Counted from the whole stretch's first letter, positions 1-11,862 are shown. The stretch is 63,099 bases of DNA, filler included, from Globobulimina sp. (GCA_003354225.1; 37 parts of 37 records of this genome joined end to end with filler, not necessarily neighbours in it), one strand, 5' to 3'. The notes: a model not told the origin generated them from the letters alone. A program made the numbers and translations.

Positions 1-445
1 TGGCAAACATTCACATAAATCATCTATATACCATAACTATTATAATTGTTGCAATAATTATTATAACTTAACTTTCAGTTTAGCTTTGAATCCAGCCTTC
101 AATCCAAACCGTAGATGCGGTATTGGAAGTCTGCAAAATATAACTACCACAATAATGACTAAATATAATGCCAAGTCCCAATATTAATAATAATAATAAC
201 TTATCTTGTACTTTTCCATTAACAATTTTGCGTTGTCCACATGATACAGCCAGCAAAGCGTTATCGTTGGCATTGCCATAGAAATAGACTTCTTTACAAT
301 TAATAAAACGAAATAGTTTATTGCAATAGTCGAGACGTTGTACCAACAGTTACAAACAATAAGATACTAGAGGAAAACTTCTTCAAGTAAAATAAGCAAT
401 ACAATAGAAATTTAATAGATGGAACCACTTCTTATACGAAAGCAC

Positions 446-625
446 AATAAATAGATAACCATTGTTCTACTTTATTACGTGCTTCCAACGTCCTGTTTGC
501 TATAGAAACTGTTGCTTTGGACTTTTATGATGCTTATTCATAATAAATAGATAACCATTGTTCTGCTTTTATTATGTACTTCCAAAGTTTGCAATAAACG
601 TGGTAGCTTTGGATATTTTATGATG
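446..625 (+). repeat. Imperfect tandem duplication, period about 96 bp
   Basis: AATAAATAGATAACCATTGTTCT at 446 and 542, each followed by a similar GCTTTGGA..TTTTATGATG segment. Confidence 0.75.
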
Positions 626-1609
626 GATAGAAAACATACATATTAATTTAAAACTTTCTACAAGATTTTAATTTACACTTTCTAACAAATTTTAGGTACT
701 GTTAAGTATTATGTCACTGCTATCTCATCAGTTTATTAATTTGCTGCTATGATCTTTCGAGTAAAGTCGTATATTGTATACAATTTATTTAGTACACAAC
801 AGATAATAATGAACTCTTGTTATGATGTTATTGCTGATAGAAGTGAATAAAAATTTTGAATTAAATAATAAAGCATACAGATTTCAGTTGTTACAAGTTT
901 TGGTTAGCGTTATCTTATTAATTTGTGATAAGTTGTTGCTCTGTCAGCTCGATTCGCGTCGCTGCGCGAGGCATTAAGTTCTGAGCCCTCATCTTCGCTT
1001 CCACCGCTCCGTTTAGTTCATGCAGTCAAGTTACAGTTTATTGCAGGGCATTCGTCAGTTTTATAGTTTCAGTTCAGTTTCGTATCAGGCCTTTGTTGAG
1101 TTTTGGTTAAGTTAGACATATGGTCGAAATCGCTTTGTCTGTTTTCTTCTCGCTGTCGGTGGCGAGTTTTGCTTAGATCAGCAACAACTAGTAATACCAA
1201 ACTGACTTTGGTAAATTTTTCAACTCGGCTAGATCAAAATTTGTAAAACTCGGATACCATTTTAGCTTAGGTCAGCAAAAACTGTCTTTCAAACTTTTGT
1301 CAAGATCAAAATTTGTAAAACTTTTCTCATGCAAAATGTCAAAAGAAAATTTAATAATTTTTTGCTGAGTTGCCCTTATCAATATAAACACTGAGAGCTG
1401 GCCAACATTCACTTTACAATAACAAACAATATCGTGCATCAATACTTTTTGGCTGAGTCTTCCGTAAAATTTTGGAGATATTTTCTGCTGAGTTGGTCGA
1501 CTCTGTGGGGGCGCCGTTTTCGCTGATGCGACTATTGGCTTTTTACTGTCTTTTTAGCGCCAAAATGCAGCTTATTGTAGTCCAAATGTTATACTACTAA
1601 CATGAACAT

Positions 1610-1709
1610 NNNNNNNNNNNNNNNNNNNNNNNNNNNNNNNNNNNNNNNNNNNNTTAATTAATTAANNNNNNNNNNNNNNNNNNNNNNNNNNNNNNNNNNN
1701 NNNNNNNNN
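1610..1709. other. Artificial contig linker (N44-TTAATTAATTAA-N44); first of 36, recurring about every 1.7 kb
   Basis: Identical 100-bp spacer with stops in all six frames between contigs of 1609/1608/1607 bp. Confidence 0.99.
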
Positions 1710-1920
1710 CCCCTGGTCGATAAGTTGTATACATTTAATTCAATTATCTGAGAAACGCTTTGCAAATCCAGAAACGGTTTGCTATAGGTTTGTCTTGTGT
1801 TTGTTCTGTGTTTGTTATAACTTTGTCTTGGGTTTGCAAATCCAGAACAAAGTCAGAACAAATTTATAATTGAATTTTCGGTATACAAAGGGGGGGTGGT
1901 TATCTTTTGGAATATATCGT
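1710..1920. mobile_element. MITE family A, partial copy with right TIR
   Basis: Ends GGGGGTGGTTATCTTTTGGAATATATCGT; internal sequence matches the copy at 27350-27776 in reverse complement. Confidence 0.85.
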
Positions 1921-1941
1921 GAAGGCTTTTCACAGAATATA

Positions 1942-2800
1942 ATGTCTTTCACACAGCAAATTTACTGTGGAAAAAAAGAAACTATTATTACAAAACCACT
2001 GGTTGTATCAATAGGAATATCTAAATATGGCAAATCAATCCCAGATATCGATGACATAAAACAAGAAATTGGTGAATATACCAAAACATTCAGCGACTCT
2101 TATAATTACACTGTAGTATGTAATAAATTTGATCAATTTTGTTCAAGACAAACCATCGAGAATTATTTGAATGAAACATGTAACAAATATCTCATCAACG
2201 ATGATCGAAACATCTATTTTAATTGTTTAATAATAACTATATCCGGTCATTGCAGTGCAGATTCATTGTTATGTTCTGATGGTCGATCCATAAAATTCCA
2301 TGATATTTTATCCATATTTACTGCTTCCGGTAACAATAAATATCTTTCTTCCAAGCTTCCAAAACTTCTCATTGTTGATGGAAATCGCGGATTTACCGTT
2401 TCTGCGATAACAACAAAACCAACACCATCCATTTATAATTATGCATGTATTATATCTTCGACATCAACCATGCATTCATCAGTTTATGGTGGTCAAATCG
2501 CATGGAATGTGTGCCAAATATTTGAACAATACAAAAGGAATAGTACTGGTTTATTACTCCATGCTATTTTTACAAATTTAAAGCAAAGATTATCTCAATC
2601 CTTATATCAAAATGATGCTTCCGCAGTTTCTTTTATCGCAGACCCGGAGATGAATGTGATTACATTTCGATTTCGAGCAAATAAACAAAGCAAATGTAAA
2701 CATAGTCAGAATGGCACAGTGGCAGTTCCTATCGATCAAGCTCCAAAACCTCCGCATAAGATACCATTAAAAGCACCATCAAAGCAAGCACCAACAATAC
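1942..2800 (+). CDS. Caspase-like (C14-fold) protein lacking the catalytic Cys; 3' end lost at a chimeric junction
   Basis: PLVVSIGISKY, LIITISGHC (His motif), PKLLIVDGNRG where caspases have (Q/D)ACRG; the ORF-track start at 1870 lies in the MITE, ATG 1942 is more plausible. Confidence 0.7.
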
Positions 2801-2801
2801 C

Positions 2802-3318
2802 ATTCGCCGCTCAAAGGACAAATCCACTGCTCGAGCCAACCTGATGAAGCGAGACTTCACAGAGCGTCAAGCAAACGCTATCTTGGACATGCGTCTGAGC
2901 CAACTGACCAAGTTGGATGACAAAGAACTCCGTGCAGAAGCCAAAGAAGTTCAAGCACGAATCAAGGAACTGATCAAGCTCAACTCCAAAACAGACCTGC
3001 GTATTGAGTACATCCTGGAAGAAGTCGATGCTCTTGCTGTTCGTCACGGAAACGCTCGCCGTTCTAAACTCATCGGTGCCCCGGACGAACCCGATACTCA
3101 GGTCGTCAAGCAAGGACGAAGCAAAGTCTCCGTCTCCCGCCCACGATTCGTCAAGGTCGATGAGAAACTGGGTGTCCTCACTCAACTCAAGAAGATCGCC
3201 CGTGGTGTTATGGTTGTCGAATCCACCGACAAAATGCTGTTCATGTGTGACAACGGTAAAACCTACCGTGTCTCCGCGAACGCCAAAGGACCCCTTGCTG
3301 AATCACCGACACAGGTGC
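2802..3318 (+). CDS. Fragment of a type IIA topoisomerase subunit A (GyrA/ParC-like), prokaryotic or phage origin
   Basis: IRRSKDKSTARANLMKRDFTERQANAILDMRLSQLTKL...RHGNARRSKL; abrupt rise in GC at about 2800. Confidence 0.85.
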
Positions 3319-3482
3319 NNNNNNNNNNNNNNNNNNNNNNNNNNNNNNNNNNNNNNNNNNNNTTAATTAATTAANNNNNNNNNNNNNNNNNNNNNNNNNN
3401 NNNNNNNNNNNNNNNNNNATTACGTTCCCGCCACTGTTCCAGTGCTTTGATTGGGCCCTTCATATGTACTATGCCACCTTAA

Positions 3483-4892
3483 GGGAAGGCACCCGATATC
3501 CCCCAACGGTTCAATATCTATATTTTTTGTATATGATGTAGATTGAAGCCTTTTTACATGAATTGTAAAAAAAATATCAAAAATATCAAAATTAAATAGG
3601 ATTTGTGGCCCTATTAAAATGCCTGTTTTTGCCGATTTTTTAAGAAATTTTGGGTAAAAGTGTGATTTTTCAATGAGTTGGAAAAATTACTCAGCATCAC
3701 AATATTATATATTTATGTCACACACTGAGAGAAAACAACCATAATAACAGTATAATATTGATAAAAGAGAAAATTTAGTAATTTAATTCCAAATCAGTCT
3801 AGTAAAATGCAAAAATTAAAAAAATCTATTTTCAGATTTTATGCCTAAAAAATTAATTATTTCACAATCTTAGAGTTTTTTGTGCACATTGTATGGGCTT
3901 AAAATATGCCAAATTGTATTAAGAATGCAACTGAAAAACAAAAAAGGGGGGTCACCGATCTCGTTTTCGCATAAAAAGGCCATAAATGCAGAAAAGTAGG
4001 CCCCCCTTTGGAAGGAGACTTAATGATTTCCTTAATTTTTTATACAATGGTTTGCAAATGAATATTGCCATAGTTGGTGTCTATGTATTCTACATAAAAT
4101 AAGGAAGGCACACATATTTTTTTGAAGAAAATTGGCCAAGCGGTTTTCATGCTACACTTGTTTGAACTAACGTTTTATGGGGTATTAGCAAAAATAAAAT
4201 AGTGACTTCCAGCATGCAAAAATTACCACTTAGGTCTTTCACAATGATTATTTCACAACCGTGCATGCAATCATCATGTATAATACATTTTTGAATTGCT
4301 ACAGCAAAAATCTACAATATTTTTCAATTTTTGATTTTTTTAAATCGGCTAATTTGCATATTTTGGACAGATGAAAAAAAGAAAGTCTTTTAATTGCAAA
4401 TATAGCCTAAAATAAATAATACCATTGGAAAGTGCTCAAAATTCTGATGCAAATTGATGTATTACATGTTCAGATATCTTAATTAGAACTGACGATATGG
4501 ATGAAAGTGTTAAAGAAATCGGTAAAAATCGGCACACTAATTTGCATAATTTATGCAAATTAGCCGATTTTTCAAAACTTTGACGGGCTGCCATTTCATT
4601 ACAAATAAAGATATCTGAACATGTAATAGGTCTATATTGATCAGGATTTTGAGCACTTTCCACTGGAAATATTCATGTTTGGCTAAATATGAAAATTAAA
4701 AAGTTAATTTTTTTCACCGATTTGAAATATGCAAATTAACTGATTTTCAAAAATTGAAAATTTTGTGACATTATAGACTTTTTTATGAGCTTTTCAAAAC
4801 TGTATTACATGTGATGATTGCTCTATTAGTTGCAAAATGATGTAAAATAATTGATAAAAAGGCTGTTTCTGGGAGATATCGGATGTTTACCT
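3483..4892. mobile_element. Non-autonomous TIR DNA transposon, Kolobok-like, 1410 bp
   Basis: TTAA on both flanks (3479-3482, 4893-4896); 23-bp TIRs matching 17/23; purine-purine termini; internal inverted repeats; no long ORF. Confidence 0.7.
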
Positions 4893-5131
4893 TTAATGAT
4901 ATCTATACTTTCCTCAATATCATTGAGGTAATACAACATTGTACTGGGTACATTAAAAGCACAATGTAACTCATATATATATTATGAAGAATGCAAATGT
5001 TGAGATAGTATTGTTACTTGTTATTATNNNNNNNNNNNNNNNNNNNNNNNNNNNNNNNNNNNNNNNNNNNNTTAATTAATTAANNNNNNNNNNNNNNNNN
5101 NNNNNNNNNNNNNNNNNNNNNNNNNNNCAAT

Positions 5132-5980
5132 ATGTTGTATGCGATGCAGTATAATCAGTTTTTTATCAATCCAGCACAATCCGGTGACAAACGCTCCGTC
5201 ATCGACTTGATTTACATTTTATTCTTCAATCGCACCTATAACAGATCTGATATCAAAGAGTTTTGGTGGCGTTGGATTGTCCCAAAAATTTGGACACGTA
5301 TCTCTCATTTATGTCGTGATAAGGTGTTGGATACAAAAGGTAACCAAATAAAAAAATGGCATCGTCCATATTTTGAGAAACGTGTTATTTGTGATCAAGT
5401 TAAGTGTTTTCATAAACGTAAATCAGATCAAATGGTGCGTTTTGCGGGGCGTCACGAAGAAAATGACCATGGTAAGAAACGAAAGAAAGCGTTCCATCGT
5501 CGCGTATTATCTGATTCCCCGCCTTCGCCAATCCATAGTGATAACTCCGAGTTGTCGAACAATCCGTATTTGAAATATGACCCTATTCGATCCAGCGACA
5601 ATACCGATAATTTGCTTCATGCACAACAGCTTGTTTTCGATGACAATATCAATAAAATGACCACAGATATTAATGCCAGAATGGATCGCATGTCGCATAA
5701 TTTACGTCGCTCTGATAATCGGTATTTATTTTCGAAACATGATAGTCCCAAAAAGAAACTTATTACCTTACAATCGCACGCAATCTCCGCATTAACCGTT
5801 GATCGCACGGTCGACAAAGAAGCAGCAATATTTTTGGCCCAAACAGTGGCGCGAGAAGAAACACGCACGCATCAACAAATTGTTATGGAAGTGATGCAGA
5901 GAAAGATGAATGGTAACCGCCGAGCCGATACTGCCTCGAATAAAGAATTGGTGAACAAAGTTGAAGGTCTATACATATAA
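5132..5980 (+). CDS. Hypothetical protein, probably 5' partial
   Basis: 282-aa ORF starting at the contig edge, with a basic NLS-like stretch (HGKKRKK); no family recognised. Confidence 0.5.
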   Translation: MLYAMQYNQFFINPAQSGDKRSVIDLIYILFFNRTYNRSDIKEFWWRWIVPKIWTRISHLCRDKVLDTKGNQIKKWHRPYFEKRVICDQVKCFHKRKSDQMVRFAGRHEENDHGKKRKKAFHRRVLSDSPPSPIHSDNSELSNNPYLKYDPIRSSDNTDNLLHAQQLVFDDNINKMTTDINARMDRMSHNLRRSDNRYLFSKHDSPKKKLITLQSHAISALTVDRTVDKEAAIFLAQTVAREETRTHQQIVMEVMQRKMNGNRRADTASNKELVNKVEGLYI

Positions 5981-6907
5981 TATGTGTTATTTTAATTGTC
6001 GTGTTTGCATAATTAAAATATACCAACTATTCTGGAACACTCTTTTGATAACACGTCTCTCCAAAACTTTTTACTAAAACTTTTCTCGAAGGTGGGTCAG
6101 GTTGGCTTTTCAGGAAATGCACGGTACTGCAGCTGGGTCTCTGTACAGCATAGAATGATACCGCCTTTCTCATTCTAGGGTTTCTTTTTTGTCCTAAAAA
6201 GTACGGTGTTTTCCTATACCTTCATTCATTCTCTGTGTACTGTACCTTATTCTACCTGGTTTTTAAGCGCTAAGTGGAGAGTGCCGTCCACTGCCTTATA
6301 AATAATATACTCGGAGTTGGTTAACATTCTGGCTAACAATAAAGCGAATGTTCCTATACAACAATTTGTATAGCAGACAAACTGAATATACTGCGATGTT
6401 TGTGTATGATTCAGTAGTCTTATATGCCAATCACACAAACAAATATATTAAATAATTAGTTAATTCTGCCCTGAAAAAGAAGATTAAAACACGTAACGCA
6501 GTCATTCAGTTTTTTACAGGGTTTGCAACGGACGAAATTCAAATACCCAAATTGTTGCATTCCACACTTAAATACTTATCCTCAACCTATAATTTATCCG
6601 ATATTAGCTCCACGTCCAAAGAGATATACTCGGCATTTAAATCCAAATTGTCTTTGTTTTTTATCCTCAATGCTTGGAATGAGGCAATGGACTTTGTGTT
6701 GGCAGCATTGAATACAGCTCAATATTCTCGGTTATTNNNNNNNNNNNNNNNNNNNNNNNNNNNNNNNNNNNNNNNNNNNNTTAATTAATTAANNNNNNNN
6801 NNNNNNNNNNNNNNNNNNNNNNNNNNNNNNNNNNNNAACAGTTTAGCCAAAATACATTTTTATTTTGAAGAATAGCTTAGCCAAAATAACAAACCAAGCA
6901 ATCACAG

Positions 6908-8445
6908 ATGGATAAATTAGTAACATTCCACGTGTTTGCTGCGTTGTTGACCGTCCTACAATACACAACTGCCCAAACCATAATCAATCCATGTAAACCG
7001 GGTCAAATTGGTTCACCATGCCACGATATACTATGTCCGGTAGAAGATACAAATTCTTTCGATTGGGACGAATTAACCTCGCATGGCACAGATATGCCAA
7101 TGGTGAAAGTGAATATGTTTGTGGACCAATCCGATCTAACATTAAACATTAACGTCACCGTAGAATATATTGTACGCGCAAGTGCTGAGGAAGAAAAAGA
7201 TAGAAACTTTGGAACAACATATGTTTTAGGTACGTAATATATATTCATACGCAAATTCGCATAAAATTACCACCCCTCAATAAATATATACACACATACA
7301 CATATACGCAAATTCGCAGATTTTGAGGATTTCGACGCACACAAATCCGCCATCAACGCACCAAATTCGTGCGCCAACCGCCGCGCTAAAGATTTTGCCA
7401 AATTAGTGACATCGTCAGATTTCTGGAGAGCGAGTGACATTTTGTCAGACATTGGCAACAGTGACACATTAGAAAATATGTGCTATCCTCCCACGGCAGG
7501 GACCGGTTGGAGTATTAATTTGGATGAATCTGATTGTTATCACATTAATTATTTTGGCAAATTTAGCTGGGCGGAGTTACGCGACTGCACAAACAGTGCA
7601 GATCAATCTGAACAAACTGCGTTGGAAATAACAGATTCGTACTTGGCGTTGACGGGCACTTTCTATATCAATATGATATCGCCGTTTTGGTATGAAAATA
7701 ATGAACAATATGGCGGCTTTTATCGCGTTTATCAATTATATTCGCAGCCGTTTGTGATTCAGGTGCAGCGAAATGTTTTTGTGGTGGACTCGCTCGGCGT
7801 GAATGTAATGACGATGAGTATCATTGCGGTGTACAAATCTGGCCAAGATGCGGATTATTCGTTGATTTTATTGACGGAGACTGCAGAATATATGCAATTG
7901 TCTGCTCCGAAGGCTATGAAAGTACCGCAATCGACGCAGTTTGAGTTGGAGGTATGGAGTGAGGCTGAAACGGGCGGCAATTGTTTGAATAACAAAGCGT
8001 TTCTATGCTCGCAATTATGGAAAGTAACTGCGACGAATACGGTTTGTGATGCAAATATTAATAACGGGCGCCTTGATTTCGGTGGCGATTATCAATTAAA
8101 ATTCACGCCTTTGTGCCGAAAGGGTACTGTTGATTCGCCGTATAATTTCCACCAACATTGCACCGATTGGTTGGCGGATCACTCACAATTTAAGGTAAGA
8201 TATGATATCATTTATGCTTTTTTTATACAGCGTATCATAGCAACAAATGTTTTTATTTGTTTTTATTTTCAGAATGGTGTGCAATTAGAGTCGCATTTAA
8301 CTTTTGTGGATGAGATGTGCGAATCGCGTGTATTCACTGTGGAGTTGGACGCGAAACTAAGTTTTTATGAAAGTGACGCATTTATTACTGAAATCGCCGC
8401 AGATTCTGAATTTTTATTCCGTGCCGGCGTGGACACTGTGTATGG
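6908..8445 (+). CDS. Secreted Cys-containing extracellular protein, 3 exons, 3' partial
   Basis: Signal peptide MDKLVTFHVFAALLTVLQYTTA; GT-AG introns 7230-7319 and 8195-8272 join the ORFs in frame. Confidence 0.8.
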
Positions 8446-8545
8446 NNNNNNNNNNNNNNNNNNNNNNNNNNNNNNNNNNNNNNNNNNNNTTAATTAATTA
8501 ANNNNNNNNNNNNNNNNNNNNNNNNNNNNNNNNNNNNNNNNNNNN

Positions 8546-8984
8546 AAATCAGGACAGTAAATAGTTGCAAGTGACTTGCTGTATGCTACAATGCTACTTT
8601 TTGAACCAATTACAACTAAATCTCCACCTCCGCCGTGTATTTTACTTTGGGAACATGCATTACGTCCATCTGTTTTGTTTTTGTTTTTGTTTTGTTTTCG
8701 TTGTTCAGCAACACAGAGAAAACAATAAAAGAAAATGAGAGCAGCATACCGCAGGACACAGTACAATCATATCCATCATCTGTTGGACAGATAATTTGGG
8801 CATTGCCGCATGCCCAATATCCTACACATTGCACAAAACAATCAGCATCGGGCAAGCAAACCAAATCCCAATCAAGGCAGCTTTGCCAACCATTGTCACA
8901 AATTATTATATCTGAATTTATTGTCACTGCATTGTACCGCCTTAACAATAATACAACAGCTACCAGTATTGATTGCATTTTCAC
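8546..8984 (-). CDS. Secreted Cys-rich repeat protein, intron-containing, 3' partial
   Basis: Signal peptide followed by CxxxxC spacing (IICDNGWQSC...IICPTDDGYDC), then a T/A-rich intron-like segment. Confidence 0.7.
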
Positions 8985-9242
8985 TTCAAAATGTACGGAT
9001 TCTTGTTTTTTCGTAGATTAATATACAACTTCAACTGTCTGCCATGTTTATATAAAAAATAGATTTTTCTGTTTATATGCATGATTTTTTATTTCATATC
9101 GGTTTCGTAACTCTGTTTCAGACTCGAATATGAGCAACATTATGGATACAAACAGTCTCAAGGCTCTCTAATCCCGAATTTTATCCATTACATTCGTTTT
9201 TTATTTCACAGACATGGATTGGAACAAAAATATTACATTACA

Positions 9243-10154
9243 TTAAGTTCTAATTATATTCATAAAACATGACAACAAATATGAAAACAATGGACTTGCA
9301 GATGTTATCAACAATGCAAACGTTAAATTCCATGTAACTTCCACACCTAAAATCTTAAATGAACATCGATGAATATCCACAAATTGAATAAATTTCATCA
9401 ATAATATCTCCATTTTACTATCATCATTGCCATCAATCACTGCGACAATTTCTTTCAATTCATCCGATGTACCATTAAGTTTTGACAGTTGACTTAAATA
9501 CTGTTCTACAACAACCATTTGCCAAAACCAAACAGTAAACGCAGACAACCAAAAATCCCATTGTTTCGCATCAAAGAAAAATATAAATCCTTGTATTATC
9601 TGAGCAATAGCACTTACAATACCAACAATAAATGGAATATTCCAATATTTTGCATTTTTACTGAATAATCTCATCATTTTAATGTATTCATCTTTCATAT
9701 CATAAACTGTCATAATATTATCATTTACCTTCACTAACTGCACATGTTTATTACTACCGCCCTTATCATTAAATACATGTTGTAACTCATGCATTTGAAT
9801 AATACTATTTGATGTTTGATGAATAGAAAACGCATAGCATATTTTTGATGTATATACATAATAATACAATGTTAATACTTTAATTATAATTAAAAATATA
9901 ACTACAACTACAAACCATACCCAATATACATGCCAACAAAAGATTACTGGTTTTAAAAATGAAAACATATTATTTGTATGCATAGATATTATATCAATGG
10001 CAGTCCATATCACTACTAATGAGCCTTGAAGAACATAACAGCAAATACATACTAGTTTTGTATAGTTATGAATAACATTATAATACATTTGAAAACATAT
10101 GTTTTCATTTTGTTGCGCATGCTGTGCAGTTACTAGAGTGTTATCAATGTATTT
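9243..10154 (-). CDS. Multi-pass membrane protein, possibly gustatory-receptor-like (7TM ion channel superfamily), 5' partial
   Basis: Several hydrophobic helices; C-terminal FKILGVEVTWNL...SPLFSYLL; frame open to the contig edge. Confidence 0.55.
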   Translation of the reverse strand, partial: KYIDNTLVTAQHAQQNENICFQMYYNVIHNYTKLVCICCYVLQGSLVVIWTAIDIISMHTNNMFSFLKPVIFCWHVYWVWFVVVVIFLIIIKVLTLYYYVYTSKICYAFSIHQTSNSIIQMHELQHVFNDKGGSNKHVQLVKVNDNIMTVYDMKDEYIKMMRLFSKNAKYWNIPFIVGIVSAIAQIIQGFIFFFDAKQWDFWLSAFTVWFWQMVVVEQYLSQLSKLNGTSDELKEIVAVIDGNDDSKMEILLMKFIQFVDIHRCSFKILGVEVTWNLTFALLITSASPLFSYLLSCFMNIIRT

Positions 10155-10254
10155 NNNNNNNNNNNNNNNNNNNNNNNNNNNNNNNNNNNNNNNNNNNNTT
10201 AATTAATTAANNNNNNNNNNNNNNNNNNNNNNNNNNNNNNNNNNNNNNNNNNNN

Positions 10255-11862
10255 AATAGCAAATCATTGGAATAATTTGATCGAACATACGACTGATTCA
10301 ATGCCACTGTAATATGCGGACACTGTGCACATAATTGACTTACACCCTCATCCATAATATCAACAATAAAACATTGTAGAGATTCATGTGCTGCACATCC
10401 AACGAGTTTTAATTTTACTCTCTTCCCAAACGGCAACATATCAACATCCTCATAAAACGGTTGATATTTCAATGTCAAATGGCAATCAGTATCGTCACAC
10501 AACATTGCTTTACCAGATACCGACACAAAATACCTACGAATCTGTTCCTGAGTCGCCATATCCATAAATATACCCGAATAAATAACATCTTTTGAGATTC
10601 GTTTCCTGTCCTTAAACCTTCTAAATCCGCCAGCTCTCAGTACAGAAGATATGGACGGGGCTCCTCTGCCTAACCAATGATTCATTCTTTTCAACATTTC
10701 CAGACATTTTCTAGCGGGAACGCCATGAACACCGCGTCTTATTAATACATTAACATTCGTTTCTGGCATGACTGCAAACACAATTTTATGCGGTAACTCA
10801 CCAAAAACAACCTGTACCAGCAATGAATATATGATCTCAAAACAAAATAGAAATGCTGTATACCTTTGAAACATAGGCAAACATTTCAGACAATGTGGTG
10901 TTAGTATTATTTGCCACCGCAGTACAGCCCGCTCGCAAAGCATCGTCGACATTGAACTGTGCCCATTCGTGAGCCTGGCCAAGTAGCCTCACATTGAAAT
11001 CGCCATTGTTGAATTTATCAAAATAATCATCCGCTGCAATCACAGCGTTTATGTTATGTTTATTTCTTATCTTCGCCCAAGTTGTCTTGCCACTGCCTGG
11101 CAAACCAATGGTTAATATCAACGATGGCTGGTTCCGTATTGGTAGCACATTCTCGACATATACGTCTGGATAATCATGCAAAATGTCGTCAGACACTTCC
11201 CAGCCATTCTATATTGGCAATGTGGAGTAGGGAAATATATGAAAAGTTGAGGAAATGTAACATGAACACGTAACTTTTAAATAGTTTGTGATGTCAAATC
11301 GTAGCGGTACATTTGGTAAATATGAGAATAATGTTTTAATGATTTTATTGGGCATATATTCAGTTAGAACATTTATGGTGACAACGAATGGTATTATTGG
11401 ATCAGATGCATATTGATAATAGAAAGTATTTCGTGGCTGAATTGCTGATTGCAAACGGGCATAAACAGTGTTGTTAGCTAGCGATGTTTTGTTAATTGCG
11501 TTTGGTTGAAAGGTTTCATGGTTGGATTGTTTGACTCTATCCATTATTTGCGAGATTTTGTGATCATCGGTAGCTGATATTGATTGTTGAATGGATGTGA
11601 TATGAGAGAGATATTCATGTTTTGCATCAGTGAAATCTTGGTTAATTTTATCGATTTGAGAATGAGAGAAAGAGTTTGGATCATTTTGCATGTATTGAGA
11701 TAAATATTGTTTTTGCTCATTTATGATTGATGTGATTGAGGATAATATTGCTTGTTCAGAATGAATGGTGTCATTGGAAATTGCATTTAATTCCATTATA
11801 AATTGATTTTGTTTTGCTTTGACTTTATTGATTATGTCATTAAAATAAGTGTCTATTTGTGA
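10255..11862 (-). CDS. Coiled coil + P-loop polynucleotide kinase (AAA_33/N4BP2-like) + 2H phosphodiesterase, CNPase-like; partial at both ends
   Basis: GLPGSGKTT, IAADDYF, NNTN, VHGVP, then HLTL and HITV (two HxT motifs); introns 11209-11274 and 10812-10863 join three ORFs in frame. Confidence 0.85.

Noticed and set aside
80-1609. ORF 80-346 and repeated GCTGAGT motifs in contig 1
   Set aside because: Non-ATG start and no recognisable motif; could be transposon or LTR DNA but I cannot support a call
1870-3374. Apparent operon-like caspase + gyrase pair with overlapping stop/start (TGATG at 2842-2846)
   Set aside because: The GyrA-like frame extends upstream of the ATG to a sharp composition break at about 2800; best explained as a chimeric join, not a defence operon
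4436-4663. 75-aa ORF inside the Kolobok-like element
   Set aside because: Lies within inverted-repeat DNA and has no transposase motifs
6552-6736. Short ORF at the end of contig 4, possibly a retroelement remnant
   Set aside because: Too short and has no diagnostic motif
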